A DNA stretch of 64,000 nucleotides from an uncultured cyanobacterium (lineage in GTDB: Bacteria; Cyanobacteriota; Cyanobacteriia; PCC-6307; Cyanobiaceae), in contig CAVONQ010000003.1 in assembly GCA_963697335.1 (NCBI GenBank), positions 60,669 through 124,668 on the forward strand, read 5' to 3'. Below, piece by piece: positions 1 to 10,828 of this stretch. How positions within the stretch are numbered: position 1 is the first letter of the stretch; each line of letters opens with the position of its first letter. A program made the translations under genes and the position numbers. A model generated the notes under the pieces. It was given only the letters and a program-made list of their open reading frames with translations. It was not told the origin of the DNA and did not search any database.

Positions 1-25
1 AGCCCACCCCGGGCCGGCCGCCGGC

Positions 26-508
26 ATGAGCTGGCTGGAGGATCTGGAGGCCCGGCTGGAGAGCCAGCTGGAGACCTTTCTGGCCGCCAACCCCGAGCAG
101 GAAGCCCTGCTGCGGGATCAGAACGATCGCGACCAGCGCCGCGACCTGCTGGCACAGCGCCTGGCTCTGCAGAGCCAGGCTGAACGCCAGCGCCAGGGGC
201 TGCTGCAGCTGGCCGAGGAGATCCGCTCCTGGCAGGCCCGCATCCTCAAGGCCCGGTCCGCCGGCGCCGACGCCCTGGCCGACCGGGCCGAGGCGCGGGT
301 GGAGGCGCTGATGCTGCAGGGCCGGCGCCACTGGGAGGAACTCGCCGCCCTGGGCAGCCGCTTTGCGGAGATCGAGCAGGCGATCGCTGAGCTGGCCTCC
401 CGCCAGAGCCAGGCCCGCCGGGCCGCCGGCGGCGCCGACCTGGAGCGGGACTGGGCCGCCTTCGAAGCGGAGCAGGACCTGGAGCGCCTGCGTCGCCGTC
501 AGGCCTGA
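26..508 (+). CDS. Coiled-coil protein resembling the picocyanobacterial 'hercynine metabolism protein' family (PspA-like helical)
   Basis: 160 aa, MSWLEDLEARLESQLETFLAANPEQ..., helical, C-terminal LERDWAAFEAEQDLERLRR; family recalled from memory near lysS/egt genes. Confidence 0.6.
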   Translation: MSWLEDLEARLESQLETFLAANPEQEALLRDQNDRDQRRDLLAQRLALQSQAERQRQGLLQLAEEIRSWQARILKARSAGADALADRAEARVEALMLQGRRHWEELAALGSRFAEIEQAIAELASRQSQARRAAGGADLERDWAAFEAEQDLERLRRRQA

Positions 509-519
509 GGCCCCTGCCT

Positions 520-566
520 AAGCCTTGGGCTCGGGCTCAAGCCTTGGACTCGGGCTCAAGCCTTGG
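520..566. repeat. 19-bp tandem repeat, about 2.5 copies
   Basis: aagccttgggctcgggctc / aagccttggactcgggctc / aagccttgg. Confidence 0.85.
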
Positions 567-819
567 GGGCGGGTGGCACCAGATTGACGCCGTCGGGCGG
601 CGGGGTGGGATCGGGATCGGCGATCAGCATGTGCTGCAGCACGATCTCGGGGCGTTCGCTATCCCGCCAGCGGATCCGATAGGCGGGCATCTTGGTGCCG
701 CGACTGGTCGTCTGCTCGACCGGCTCCATCACCCAGCCTCGGCGAGAGCGGCCCTGGGGGTTGCGCTTCACCACCGCATCTGCGTGCTGGAAGCGAAAAC
801 CGACGCGCTCGCCACTCAT
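556..819 (-). CDS. Conserved small hypothetical protein of picocyanobacteria
   Basis: 87 aa MSGERVGFRFQHADAVVKRNPQGRSRRGWVMEP..., directly downstream of lysS. Confidence 0.8.
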   Translation of the reverse strand: MSGERVGFRFQHADAVVKRNPQGRSRRGWVMEPVEQTTSRGTKMPAYRIRWRDSERPEIVLQHMLIADPDPTPPPDGVNLVPPAPKA

Positions 820-883
820 GGAATCGCTGCCCCCATTGGGGAAGATTGCCTACCGCTGCAATTATCTCATTGCGCCTCGCCGC

Positions 884-2392
884 TCAGGCTTCCTCGCTGT
901 CTCGGCTGCGCTGCAACTCGGGTCGTAGCAGCGGAAAGGCGATCACATCGCGGATCGAGGCGCTGTCGGTGAGCAGCATCACCAGGCGGTCGATGCCGAT
1001 GCCGAGCCCGCCGGTGGGGGGCATGCCCACCTCCAGGGCCTGGAGAAAATCCTCGTCCACGCCCTGGGCCTCCAGGTCGCCGGCGGCCTTGCGCCGTTGC
1101 TGCGCCTCCAGCCGCTGGCGCTGATCCACCGGATCGATCAGCTCGCTGAAGGCATTGGCGGTCTCGCGGCCCACGATGAACAGCTCAAAGCGCTCCACCA
1201 GGCCCGGCTTGCTGCGGTGGGCCCGGGCCAGGGGAGAGTTCTCGACCGGGTAATCAAGCACGAAGGTGGGCTGGATCAGGCTCTCCTCCACCCGCTGCTC
1301 GAAGGCCTCCACCAGCAGCCGTCCCACCGAATCGGCCAGGGCCGGCACCTCGAGGCCCTGGGCGGCCATGGCGGCGGCGGCCTCCTCGCGACTGCCGAAA
1401 AGGCTGAAGTCGAGGCCGGTGGCCTGCTGCACGAGCTCGTGCATGGTGGCCCGCCGCCAGGGGGGCGTGATGTCGATCGTGGTGCCCTGGTAGGGGATCA
1501 CGGTGCTGCCGCACACCTCCTGGCAGACATGGGCGATCAACGCCTCGGTGAGTTCCATCATGTCGGTGTAGTCGGCGTAGGCCTGGTACACCTCCACCGA
1601 GGTGAACTCCGGGTTGTGGCGGGTGCTCACCCCCTCGTTGCGGAAGATGCGGCCCAGCTCGTAGACCCGCTCGAAGCCGCCCACCACCAGGCGCTTCAGG
1701 TGCAGCTCCGTGGCGATGCGCAGGGTGAGCGGCAGGTCGAGGGTGTTGTGGTGGGTCTCGAAGGGGCGGGCATCGGCGCCGCCGGGCTGGCTCTGCAGCA
1801 CCGGGGTCTCGATCTCGAAGAAGCCGCGCTCGTCGAGCCAGCGGCGCAGGGCGCCGATCGCCCTGGCCCGGCGCCGGAAGGTCTCGCGGGTGTGGGGGGA
1901 GACGATCAGATCGAGGTAGCGCTGGCGGTAGCGCTTCTCCACGTCCGCCAGGCCGTGCCACTTGTCCGGCAGGGGCTGCAGGGCCTTGCAGAGCATGGTC
2001 CAGCCCGTCACCTTCACCGAGAGCTCGCCCCGGTCGGTACGGCGCAGGCCGCCCTCCACGCCGATCAGATCGCCGGCATCCACCAGGGTGGTGAGCTGCT
2101 GGAAGGCCTCGGGGTCGCTGGCCGCCAGGGTGGCCTTGTCGATGAAGAGCTGAATCACCCCGCTCTCATCCGCCAGGGTGAAGAAGGCGAGCTTGCCCAT
2201 CACCCGGCGGGTCATCACCCGCCCGGCCACACACACGGGCGTCCCATCCTCGGCGCCGTTGGCCAGGTCGGCGTAGGTGACCTGCAGATCGGCCGTGCGG
2301 TGGGTGGGGGCAAAACGCAGCGCGTAGGGCCCCTTGCCGAGCTCCGCCAGGGTATGGGCCTTCTCCAGGCGGGTCTTGCGCAGCTCCGACAC
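884..2392 (-). CDS. lysS: Lysine--tRNA ligase (class II)
   Basis: [35 protein letters not shown] motifs. Confidence 0.98.
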   Translation of the reverse strand: MSELRKTRLEKAHTLAELGKGPYALRFAPTHRTADLQVTYADLANGAEDGTPVCVAGRVMTRRVMGKLAFFTLADESGVIQLFIDKATLAASDPEAFQQLTTLVDAGDLIGVEGGLRRTDRGELSVKVTGWTMLCKALQPLPDKWHGLADVEKRYRQRYLDLIVSPHTRETFRRRARAIGALRRWLDERGFFEIETPVLQSQPGGADARPFETHHNTLDLPLTLRIATELHLKRLVVGGFERVYELGRIFRNEGVSTRHNPEFTSVEVYQAYADYTDMMELTEALIAHVCQEVCGSTVIPYQGTTIDITPPWRRATMHELVQQATGLDFSLFGSREEAAAAMAAQGLEVPALADSVGRLLVEAFEQRVEESLIQPTFVLDYPVENSPLARAHRSKPGLVERFELFIVGRETANAFSELIDPVDQRQRLEAQQRRKAAGDLEAQGVDEDFLQALEVGMPPTGGLGIGIDRLVMLLTDSASIRDVIAFPLLRPELQRSRDSEEA

Positions 2393-2453
2393 GGGGGATG
2401 GGGATCTCAGCTGGCAGCCATCCTGCAGGAGAGGAGCTCAGCCCCGGCTGGAA

Positions 2454-3233
2454 TCAGCCCGCGGCGCTGAGGCCCATCTCGCCGAGGCGCTGGGAGGCGT
2501 AGCCGGTGCCCCGCACCGTGAGGATCAGCTCGGGGTTGCGGGGATCGGGCTCGAGCTTGCCGCGCAGCCGCGCCACGTAGACATCAACCACCCGCAGGTC
2601 AGCGGCGCGGCGCGGCGGATAGCCCCACAGCTGCTCGAGGATCTCGGCCCGGGGCACAACGCGGCCGGGTTCCCGGAACAGCAGCTCCAGCAGGCTGAAC
2701 TCGGTGTAGGTGAGGGCGATGCGGTCGCCTTCGCGGGTCACCTGGCGGCGGTTGGTGTCCACCACCAGGTCTCCGAGCCGCAGCACACCGCTGCCACTGG
2801 GCATCTCCCGCGGCTCACTGGCGGCCGAGCCCCGGCCCACCCGCCGCAGGATCGTGGCGATGCGTGCCTCGAGTTCCTTGGGACTGAAGGGCTTGGGCAG
2901 GTAGTCGTCGGCGCCGAGGTCGAGGCCGGACACCCGCTCAGCGATGGCATCGAGGGCCGAGAGAAAAATGATCGGCACGCACGACTCAGCCCGCAGCCGC
3001 CGGCAGACGGCGAAACCGTCCAGCTTGGGCAGCATCACATCGAGCACCACCAGATCGGGCTGCTCCTGGTGAAAGAGGCTGAGGGCCTCTTCGCCGTCCT
3101 CGGCGCAGATGACGCGGTAGCCGGCGAGCTGCAGGCGCATCAGCAGCACCCGGCGCACGGCCGCCTCGTCGTCGACTACGAGCAGCGTGGCCTTGGGCTC
3201 CGCTGGCGTGATCGACATGTCCGCGGAGGGCAT
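2454..3233 (-). CDS. srrA: OmpR-family response regulator, RpaB paralog (SrrA-type); start uncertain (3218/3233/3269)
   Basis: LLVVDDE..LDVMLPKLDG..KPFSPKELEARI receiver domain plus winged helix; diverged from canonical RpaB. Confidence 0.75.
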   Translation of the reverse strand: MPSADMSITPAEPKATLLVVDDEAAVRRVLLMRLQLAGYRVICAEDGEEALSLFHQEQPDLVVLDVMLPKLDGFAVCRRLRAESCVPIIFLSALDAIAERVSGLDLGADDYLPKPFSPKELEARIATILRRVGRGSAASEPREMPSGSGVLRLGDLVVDTNRRQVTREGDRIALTYTEFSLLELLFREPGRVVPRAEILEQLWGYPPRRAADLRVVDVYVARLRGKLEPDPRNPELILTVRGTGYASQRLGEMGLSAAG

Positions 3234-3382
3234 GGGCGCAGCGCCTAGGGGATGAAGAATCGCAACCATACCCCTGAGGGAGGGGTTCGGTCATCCCCCA
3301 GATCGGCTCCTGGAGCGCCGTTCTGCCCATGCTTAAGCATTTCTGCAGAAACAGACAGAAGCGGGTGTTGCTGCTACGCGGC

Positions 3383-4717
3383 TCAGGGCCAACGGGACGC
3401 GGCGTAGCGGTCCCATTCCTGCCGCGCCGCGGCCAGGGCGGTGTCGCTGTCGCTCTGGCCCAGCATGGCGCGCTGGAGCTGGGTGTAGACGATTGTCTGC
3501 AGTCGCTTGATGCCGGGGATCGCCGGCACCAGCACCTGGGCCCGCTCCAGGGTGGTGGCCGAGAGCAGGCGCGCGTTTTCCACCAGTCGCTGCTCGGCGG
3601 GGGCGCCGCCCTCCTGCTGCTGGCGCAGGCTGACCTGCAGCCGCTCCAGGGCGGCCACCGCCGATGGCAGCACCCGGGCCTCCTCGGCAAAGCGGTATTG
3701 GTTGTCGGCGTTGGTGAGGAACAGCCCGAAGCTCACCGCAGCCGCCGCCATGGCGCTCTGCTTCGGCACCACCAGGTTCATCACAGCCACGTTGGCGGCG
3801 CCATCGGCGCCGGTGAGGGGCGCGAAGGGGCTGGTGCGTGCGGCGATGCCAGGGGCGTTGGTCTGGAGGTTGCGCAGGAAGTCCGGCCCGGTGGACACCT
3901 GGGCGAGATCCCCGGATTGGTAGAGCTCGATCGCACGCCGGTAGCCCTGGCTCACCACTTCCCTGGGCAGCAGGCCCCGTCGGTAGAGACCACTCCAGAA
4001 GGCAAAGGCCCGCCGGCCCGCGGGGCTGTCGAAGGCCGCCCGACGGCGGTCATCGAGCAGGCGCACGCCCATCTGCACCATCGACTCCAGCAGCTCAGCC
4101 GAGTCGTCGGGCACCACGGTGGTGAACAGGGCATAGCGGCCCGTGCGGCGCCGCACCGCCTCGGCATAGGCGGGCACCTGATCCCAGCGGCTGGGTGGCG
4201 CCGCGTAGCCCGCCTGCTGAAGCAGCGCCCGGTTGGCCATCGTGATCCGGGCCGTGAGGTACCAGGGAATGGCGAACTGGCTCCCCTCCTGCCGGCCCGC
4301 CTGCCAGATCCGCGGCAGATAGCGCTGCTCGGCCCCGGGAGGCAACACGGGCTGCAGGTCGAGCAGGCCCCCCTTGCTGGCCAGGTTGGCCGCAAAGGGG
4401 GGGTTGAGGTTCACCAGATCCGGAGCGGTGCGGGCGAACACAGCGGCCAGCAGCTTGCGCTCCACCGAGCCCCAGGGCACATCGGTCCAGCGCACCCGGA
4501 TGCCGGGATTCCGCGCCTCCCAGGCCGCGATCACAGCCCCCAGGTAGTCGTTGAAGCGCGGGGCCAGATCCAGCGTCCACACGTTCAGCTCCCGCCGGCC
4601 GTCGGGGCCGACTCCACCACCACCGCGGCCGCCGCAGGCCCCCAGGGCTCCGCTGATCCCGGCCGAAGCGCCGGCCATCGCCAGCAGCCGCAGCAGCTGT
4701 CGCCGCGTCAAGGCCAT
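3383..4717 (-). CDS. ABC transporter sugar-binding lipoprotein
   Basis: Tat-like RRQLL signal, LGAC lipobox, periplasmic sugar-binding motifs (APDLVNLN, FAIPWY). Confidence 0.9.
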   Translation of the reverse strand: MALTRRQLLRLLAMAGASAGISGALGACGGRGGGGVGPDGRRELNVWTLDLAPRFNDYLGAVIAAWEARNPGIRVRWTDVPWGSVERKLLAAVFARTAPDLVNLNPPFAANLASKGGLLDLQPVLPPGAEQRYLPRIWQAGRQEGSQFAIPWYLTARITMANRALLQQAGYAAPPSRWDQVPAYAEAVRRRTGRYALFTTVVPDDSAELLESMVQMGVRLLDDRRRAAFDSPAGRRAFAFWSGLYRRGLLPREVVSQGYRRAIELYQSGDLAQVSTGPDFLRNLQTNAPGIAARTSPFAPLTGADGAANVAVMNLVVPKQSAMAAAAVSFGLFLTNADNQYRFAEEARVLPSAVAALERLQVSLRQQQEGGAPAEQRLVENARLLSATTLERAQVLVPAIPGIKRLQTIVYTQLQRAMLGQSDSDTALAAARQEWDRYAASRWP

Positions 4718-5238
4718 CGGGTTCCGCCTCCCATCACGTCACTGCGCAGTCCTGGAGCCTGCAGGCGCCAGAGCAGCAACTGCAGCGAGCACAGCATGGG
4801 CGCTAGCAGGGCGGTGATCAGGGTCTGGGCCGTGAGCACCTGCAGGGGAGCTATGCCCAGCTGGCCCGACCAGCGCTGCTGCAGCATCACGCTGAGGCCG
4901 AGCAGGGCCGTGCCGAGCAGGGCCAGCAGGCCGAGATTGAAGCTGCGCTCCAGCCGGGGATGTCGGCGGCCCAGCCGGCCCCACCACCAGCCCAGCAGCA
5001 CCAGCCCCGGGATCTGGCTCACCGGGCCCAGCTGGAGGGCATCGAGCATCAGGCCCAGCACCAATCCCGCCAGCATTCCCGACCAGGGCCCATCCACCAG
5101 GGACCAGGGCAACAGCCAGAGCACGGCCCAGCTCGGACCCACCCCCGCGAGCTGAAGGATGGCCGGGGACCCCAGGCTGATCAGAGGCACCACCAGCACC
5201 GTGGCGGCGCACCAGCGCTGTCGAGCCAGGCCGCTCAT
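4708..5238 (-). CDS. mreD: Rod shape-determining protein MreD
   Basis: Hydrophobic membrane protein directly after mreC. Confidence 0.85.
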   Translation of the reverse strand: MSGLARQRWCAATVLVVPLISLGSPAILQLAGVGPSWAVLWLLPWSLVDGPWSGMLAGLVLGLMLDALQLGPVSQIPGLVLLGWWWGRLGRRHPRLERSFNLGLLALLGTALLGLSVMLQQRWSGQLGIAPLQVLTAQTLITALLAPMLCSLQLLLWRLQAPGLRSDVMGGGTRWP

Positions 5239-5263
5239 CGGCCGGCCTCAACCCTGGCGCCGC

Positions 5264-6004
5264 TCACTGCGGCCTCACCTGCACCCAGTCCACCGCATCC
5301 AGGGGGGCGCTGAGCTGCACCACGGCCTCCGGGGCCGGCACCGCGGCCTCATCCACCGTCTGCACCACCCCCACCGTCAGGTTGGGGGGCACCAGGGTGC
5401 TGGCCGGGGATGTCACGATCACGTCGCCGGGGCGCACGTTGAGATCCCGATCGATGAAGCGCAGCACGGGCCTGGGCGTGCCGAGGCCCACCAGCAGCCC
5501 ATGGCGCCGCACCCGGGCCACCCACACCCCCACCCGGCTGCTGGAATCGGTGAGCAGGGCCACCGTGGCCGTGCTGGGCGTCACGCTCACCACCCGCCCC
5601 ACCAGGCCGCCAGGGGCCACCACTGCCTGGCCCGGAGCCACCCCCTGCAGGGAGCCGCGCCCGAGCACCAGCTGGCGCCACCAGCCCCCGGCGGTGCGGG
5701 AGATCACGGGGGCAGAGATCGCGTTGCCGCCGGCCTGTTGAAGGTCCAGCAGCTCCCGCAGCCGCAGGTTGTCCGCCTCCAGCATCGAGAGGCGAGTCTG
5801 CTGATCGAGCTGCTGGGCGGACTCGATCCACTCCCCCTGGGCACTGCCCGGCCAGAACGGGCGACTCAGCAGGGCATAGGCATCGCTCAGCACAGCCCCC
5901 TTGCTGAGCCGCACCCCCACCAGCGCCAGCACCACAAGCGCCCAGGGCCAGTAGGCCCTGAGCCGGCGCAGCGGCGGCAGTCGCGGCTGGCGGTCCGACT
6001 GCAT
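5264..6004 (-). CDS. mreC: Rod shape-determining protein MreC
   Basis: N-terminal TM, coiled coil (LEADNLRLRELL), GGLVGRV..TATVALLTD; follows mreB. Confidence 0.93.
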   Translation of the reverse strand: MQSDRQPRLPPLRRLRAYWPWALVVLALVGVRLSKGAVLSDAYALLSRPFWPGSAQGEWIESAQQLDQQTRLSMLEADNLRLRELLDLQQAGGNAISAPVISRTAGGWWRQLVLGRGSLQGVAPGQAVVAPGGLVGRVVSVTPSTATVALLTDSSSRVGVWVARVRRHGLLVGLGTPRPVLRFIDRDLNVRPGDVIVTSPASTLVPPNLTVGVVQTVDEAAVPAPEAVVQLSAPLDAVDWVQVRPQ

Positions 6005-6009
6005 CGGCC

Positions 6010-7062
6010 TCAGGCCGCCATGCGCACGAAGTCAGGGGTGTCCAGCACGCGCTCCAGGCGCTTGTAGTCCTCCAGGACCATGCCGCAGCCCATGACCACG
6101 CAGAGGAGCGGGTCCTCGGCGATGTGGGTGAGGATGCCCGTCTCGTGGCTGATCAGGTCGCTGATGCCGCGCACCATGGCGCCGCCTCCAGCCAGCATGA
6201 TGCCGCGATCGACGATGTCGGCCGCCAGTTCCGGTGGGGTGCGCTCCAGGGTGCGCTTCACGGCCTCCACGATCACGTTGAGGGGCTCGGCCATGGCCTC
6301 GCGGATGTCGCCGGCTCGCACGTTGATGGTGCGGGGCAGGCCGGAGAGCAGGTGCAGGCCGCGCACATCCATGGAGGTCTCGTCGTGCTCGTCATCGGGG
6401 AAGGCTGAGCCGATCCGGATCTTGATGTCCTCGGCGGTGCGCTCACCCACCACCAGGTTGTGCACCTTCTTGAGATACACCCCGATCGAATCGCTGAGTT
6501 CGTCGCCCGCCACCCGCACCGATTCACTCAGCACGGTGCCGCCAAGGCTGAGCACCGCCACCTCGGTGGTACCGCCGCCGATGTCGACGATCATGGTGCC
6601 CACTGGCTCGGTCACCGGCAGACCGGCGCCGATCGCCGCAGCCACCGGCTCATCGATCAGATGCACCTCCCGCGCGCCCGCCAGCCCCGCCTCCCGCACG
6701 GCGCGGCGCTCCACGCCGGTGACGCCGCTGGGGATGCCGATCACCAGCCGCGGCGCCACGATGCCCCGCCCCTCGTTGCCCTTCTGGATGAAGGTCTTGA
6801 TCATCTGCTCAGCAGCGTCGAAGTCGGCGATCACGCCGTCGCGCAGCGGCCGGATGGCCCGGATGTTGCCAGGGGTGCGGCCCAGCATCAGCTTGGCCTC
6901 ATCGCCCACCGCCAGGGGCACACCACGCTCGAGATCCAGGGCCACCACAGAGGGCTCTTGCAGCACAATGCCCTTGCCCGACACATACATCAGGGTGTTG
7001 GCCGTGCCCAGATCGATGCCGATGTCGCGGGAGAACTGGAAACGACGAAAGAACACGGACAT
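6010..7062 (-). CDS. mreB: Actin-like MreB
   Basis: DIGIDLGTANT, VDIGGGTTEVA, LAGGGA; start ATG 7062 or GTG 7056. Confidence 0.98.
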   Translation of the reverse strand: MSVFFRRFQFSRDIGIDLGTANTLMYVSGKGIVLQEPSVVALDLERGVPLAVGDEAKLMLGRTPGNIRAIRPLRDGVIADFDAAEQMIKTFIQKGNEGRGIVAPRLVIGIPSGVTGVERRAVREAGLAGAREVHLIDEPVAAAIGAGLPVTEPVGTMIVDIGGGTTEVAVLSLGGTVLSESVRVAGDELSDSIGVYLKKVHNLVVGERTAEDIKIRIGSAFPDDEHDETSMDVRGLHLLSGLPRTINVRAGDIREAMAEPLNVIVEAVKRTLERTPPELAADIVDRGIMLAGGGAMVRGISDLISHETGILTHIAEDPLLCVVMGCGMVLEDYKRLERVLDTPDFVRMAA

Positions 7063-7194
7063 CCGTTCAGGCAGCCCCGCATCATACGGGGGCCATCGGG
7101 GAGCGTTACGGCCGGCCCCCAGGGTGGAACTGAACCGTTGAGGGCGCCTCAAGGGGTGCCGCATCATTGATCCAATCGACCAAGGAGACCCGCT

Positions 7195-7602
7195 ATGGGC
7201 GTCAATTCCATCACCCTCGTCGGCCGTGCCGGCCGCGATCCCGAAGTGCGCTACTTCGAATCCGGCAGCGTGGTGGCCAACCTCACCCTGGCGGTGAACC
7301 GGCGCAGCCGCGACGACGAACCGGACTGGTTCAACCTCGAGATCTGGGGCAAGCAGGCCCAGGTGGCCGCCGACTATGTGCGCAAGGGTTCCCTGCTGGG
7401 AATCATCGGCAGCTTCAAGCTCGACCGCTGGACCGACCGCACCAGCGGCGAGGAGCGCACCAAGCCGGTGATCCGGGTGGATCGCCTGGAACTGTTGGGC
7501 TCCCGCCGCGACGCTGAGGGCGGCATGGGAGGCGGGAGCGGCAGCTTCGAAGGTGGCAGCTTCGGGGGTGGCGAACCCAGTGAAGAGGAAGTGCCGTTCT
7601 GA
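7195..7602 (+). CDS. ssb: Single-stranded DNA-binding protein
   Basis: NSITLVGRAGRDPEVRY, Gly-rich linker, acidic EEEVPF tail. Confidence 0.98.
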   Translation: MGVNSITLVGRAGRDPEVRYFESGSVVANLTLAVNRRSRDDEPDWFNLEIWGKQAQVAADYVRKGSLLGIIGSFKLDRWTDRTSGEERTKPVIRVDRLELLGSRRDAEGGMGGGSGSFEGGSFGGGEPSEEEVPF

Positions 7603-7610
7603 ACGGTGAG

Positions 7611-7628
7611 GGGGGAGCACGCTCCCCC
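7611..7628. terminator. GC hairpin between convergent ssb and ahcY (putative terminator)
   Basis: gggggag-cacg-ctccccc; no clear U-tract. Confidence 0.45.
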
Positions 7629-7673
7629 TCCGGACACCGCCTGGCTCAAAGGCGGCAGCTCACTGGCGGGAGC

Positions 7674-9101
<1,428 letters not shown>

Positions 9102-9224
9102 GGTTGGGACTCCTGAAGAACTGCTCACTCCCGGCTGGGAGGGCATGGATGGGGAAATATCTGCAGAGACGCCGAGGCTTCGGGCTCGCTTGAGCGGCAA
9201 TCTACAGACAGCTTCCGGATTCGC

Positions 9225-9734
9225 GTGAGCCCCTCCGCCCCGCCCTGGCGCCGCCAGCAGCTCGCCGATGCCGCCGCCACCCGGGCCCTGGGGGGGGCGT
9301 TGGCCCAGTGGCTCAGGCCCGCGGGCCAGGGGCTGGCGGCTCAGGCGCCGATGCTGCTCCTGCAGGGCGACCTGGGCAGCGGCAAGACCTGCCTGGTGCA
9401 GGGCCTGGCCGCGGCCCTGGGCATCGGCGAGCCGATCACCAGCCCCAGCTTCGCCCTGGCCCAGCACTACCTGCCGTGGGGAGCCGATGCGGCGGCACGT
9501 CCCCTGGTGCACCTCGATCTCTACCGGCTGGAGCAGCCGGGCGCGGCCGATGAGCTGCTGGCCCAGGAAGAGGAAAGTGCGCTGGAGCTTGGCGCCGTGC
9601 TGGCCGTGGAATGGCCCGAGCGTCTGAGCCTGCCGCCCAGCGAGGCCTGGTGGGTGGAGCTGCAGTTGCTCGACGGCACCGACCCCGAGGCCGGCCGGGA
9701 GGCCCTGCTGTGGCGCCCCTGCGAGGCTCGCTAG
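9225..9734 (+). CDS. tsaE: t6A biosynthesis ATPase TsaE
   Basis: [24 protein letters not shown]. Confidence 0.95.
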   Translation: MSPSAPPWRRQQLADAAATRALGGALAQWLRPAGQGLAAQAPMLLLQGDLGSGKTCLVQGLAAALGIGEPITSPSFALAQHYLPWGADAAARPLVHLDLYRLEQPGAADELLAQEEESALELGAVLAVEWPERLSLPPSEAWWVELQLLDGTDPEAGREALLWRPCEAR

Positions 9735-9758
9735 CGCCGCTCAGAGCGGAGGCCGGCT

Positions 9759-10781
9759 CTACCGGGCAGCCAGAAAGGCCTCCACCTGGGCGGCGCTGGG
9801 CTGGGGATCGATGGCACCGGCCCCCTGGCACACCAGGGCCCCGCAGGCGCTGGCGAAGCGCATCAGCTGCTCCACCGCCAGGCCGTCATCCCCCTGCAGC
9901 AGCATCGGCCTGGCGACCAGGCCATGCAGCACCCCGGCCGTGAAGGCATCCCCGGCGCCGGTGGTGTCCAGCACCGGCACCCGGTAGGGAGCCATGGCGC
10001 CGCTGGCATGGCCGAGGCACCAACGCAGCGGCGCCGCCCCATCGGTGACCACCACGGCCGGCTGCTGGGGCAGGGCCGCCCGCACCAGCTCCGGATCGGC
10101 ACTACCGAACAGCCACTGGGCCTCTTCAGCAGCGCACTTCACCAGGGCGGCCCGCTGCAGCAGGGCGCGGATGCGCCCGGCCTGCTCAGGCCTGGGACCC
10201 GCCTGCGGCGCCGCCATCCCATCCCAGAAGGTGGGTCGCCAGTTGACATCCACCGCCAGGGCCACGCCGCGGCTGCCGGCCTGCTCCACGGCGAACTCCA
10301 GGGCCGCCGCGGCGCCGCCGGCCAGGGGCAGGGTTCCCACCAGCAACCAGCTCGCCGACTCCGGCAGGGCTGCCGCCGCCAGGGCCTCGTCGGCGAAGCC
10401 CTCGCCACGGTCGCCCGCGAAGCCACCGAACTGGCGCTCGCCGGCCAGGTCGCGGCGCACCAGCACGATGCGGGTGGGCCGGCGGCCATCCCACTGCAGG
10501 CCGCTGGTGTCGACGCCCCGGGCCTGGAACAGCGCAGCCAGGGCCTCGCCAGCCGGGTCACGGCCCAATCGGCCCAGGAAGGCCGCCCCCGTACCCAGGC
10601 GGGCCAGGGCGCAGGCCACGTTGGCGGGGGCCCCACCGAGACGGTCGTCGCAGTCGCCAGGGGCGGCGCAGGCGGGATCGCCGCCCAGGGGTCCCAGGCG
10701 ATCCACCAACGCCTCGCCGAGGCAGAGCACCAGCGATCGTGGGGCGGCCGGTGGCGGGGCAGCCAATGGTGGGGCAGCCAT
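9759..10781 (-). CDS. PfkB-family carbohydrate kinase (fructokinase-like)
   Basis: CLGEALVD, GGAPANVA, DVNWRP, DTTGAGDAF. Confidence 0.93.
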   Translation of the reverse strand: MAAPPLAAPPPAAPRSLVLCLGEALVDRLGPLGGDPACAAPGDCDDRLGGAPANVACALARLGTGAAFLGRLGRDPAGEALAALFQARGVDTSGLQWDGRRPTRIVLVRRDLAGERQFGGFAGDRGEGFADEALAAAALPESASWLLVGTLPLAGGAAAALEFAVEQAGSRGVALAVDVNWRPTFWDGMAAPQAGPRPEQAGRIRALLQRAALVKCAAEEAQWLFGSADPELVRAALPQQPAVVVTDGAAPLRWCLGHASGAMAPYRVPVLDTTGAGDAFTAGVLHGLVARPMLLQGDDGLAVEQLMRFASACGALVCQGAGAIDPQPSAAQVEAFLAAR

Positions 10782-10828
10782 GGGAGCGGGGCCATCTCCC
10801 CCCAGGTTGGCCCAGGGCCGAGCCGGCG

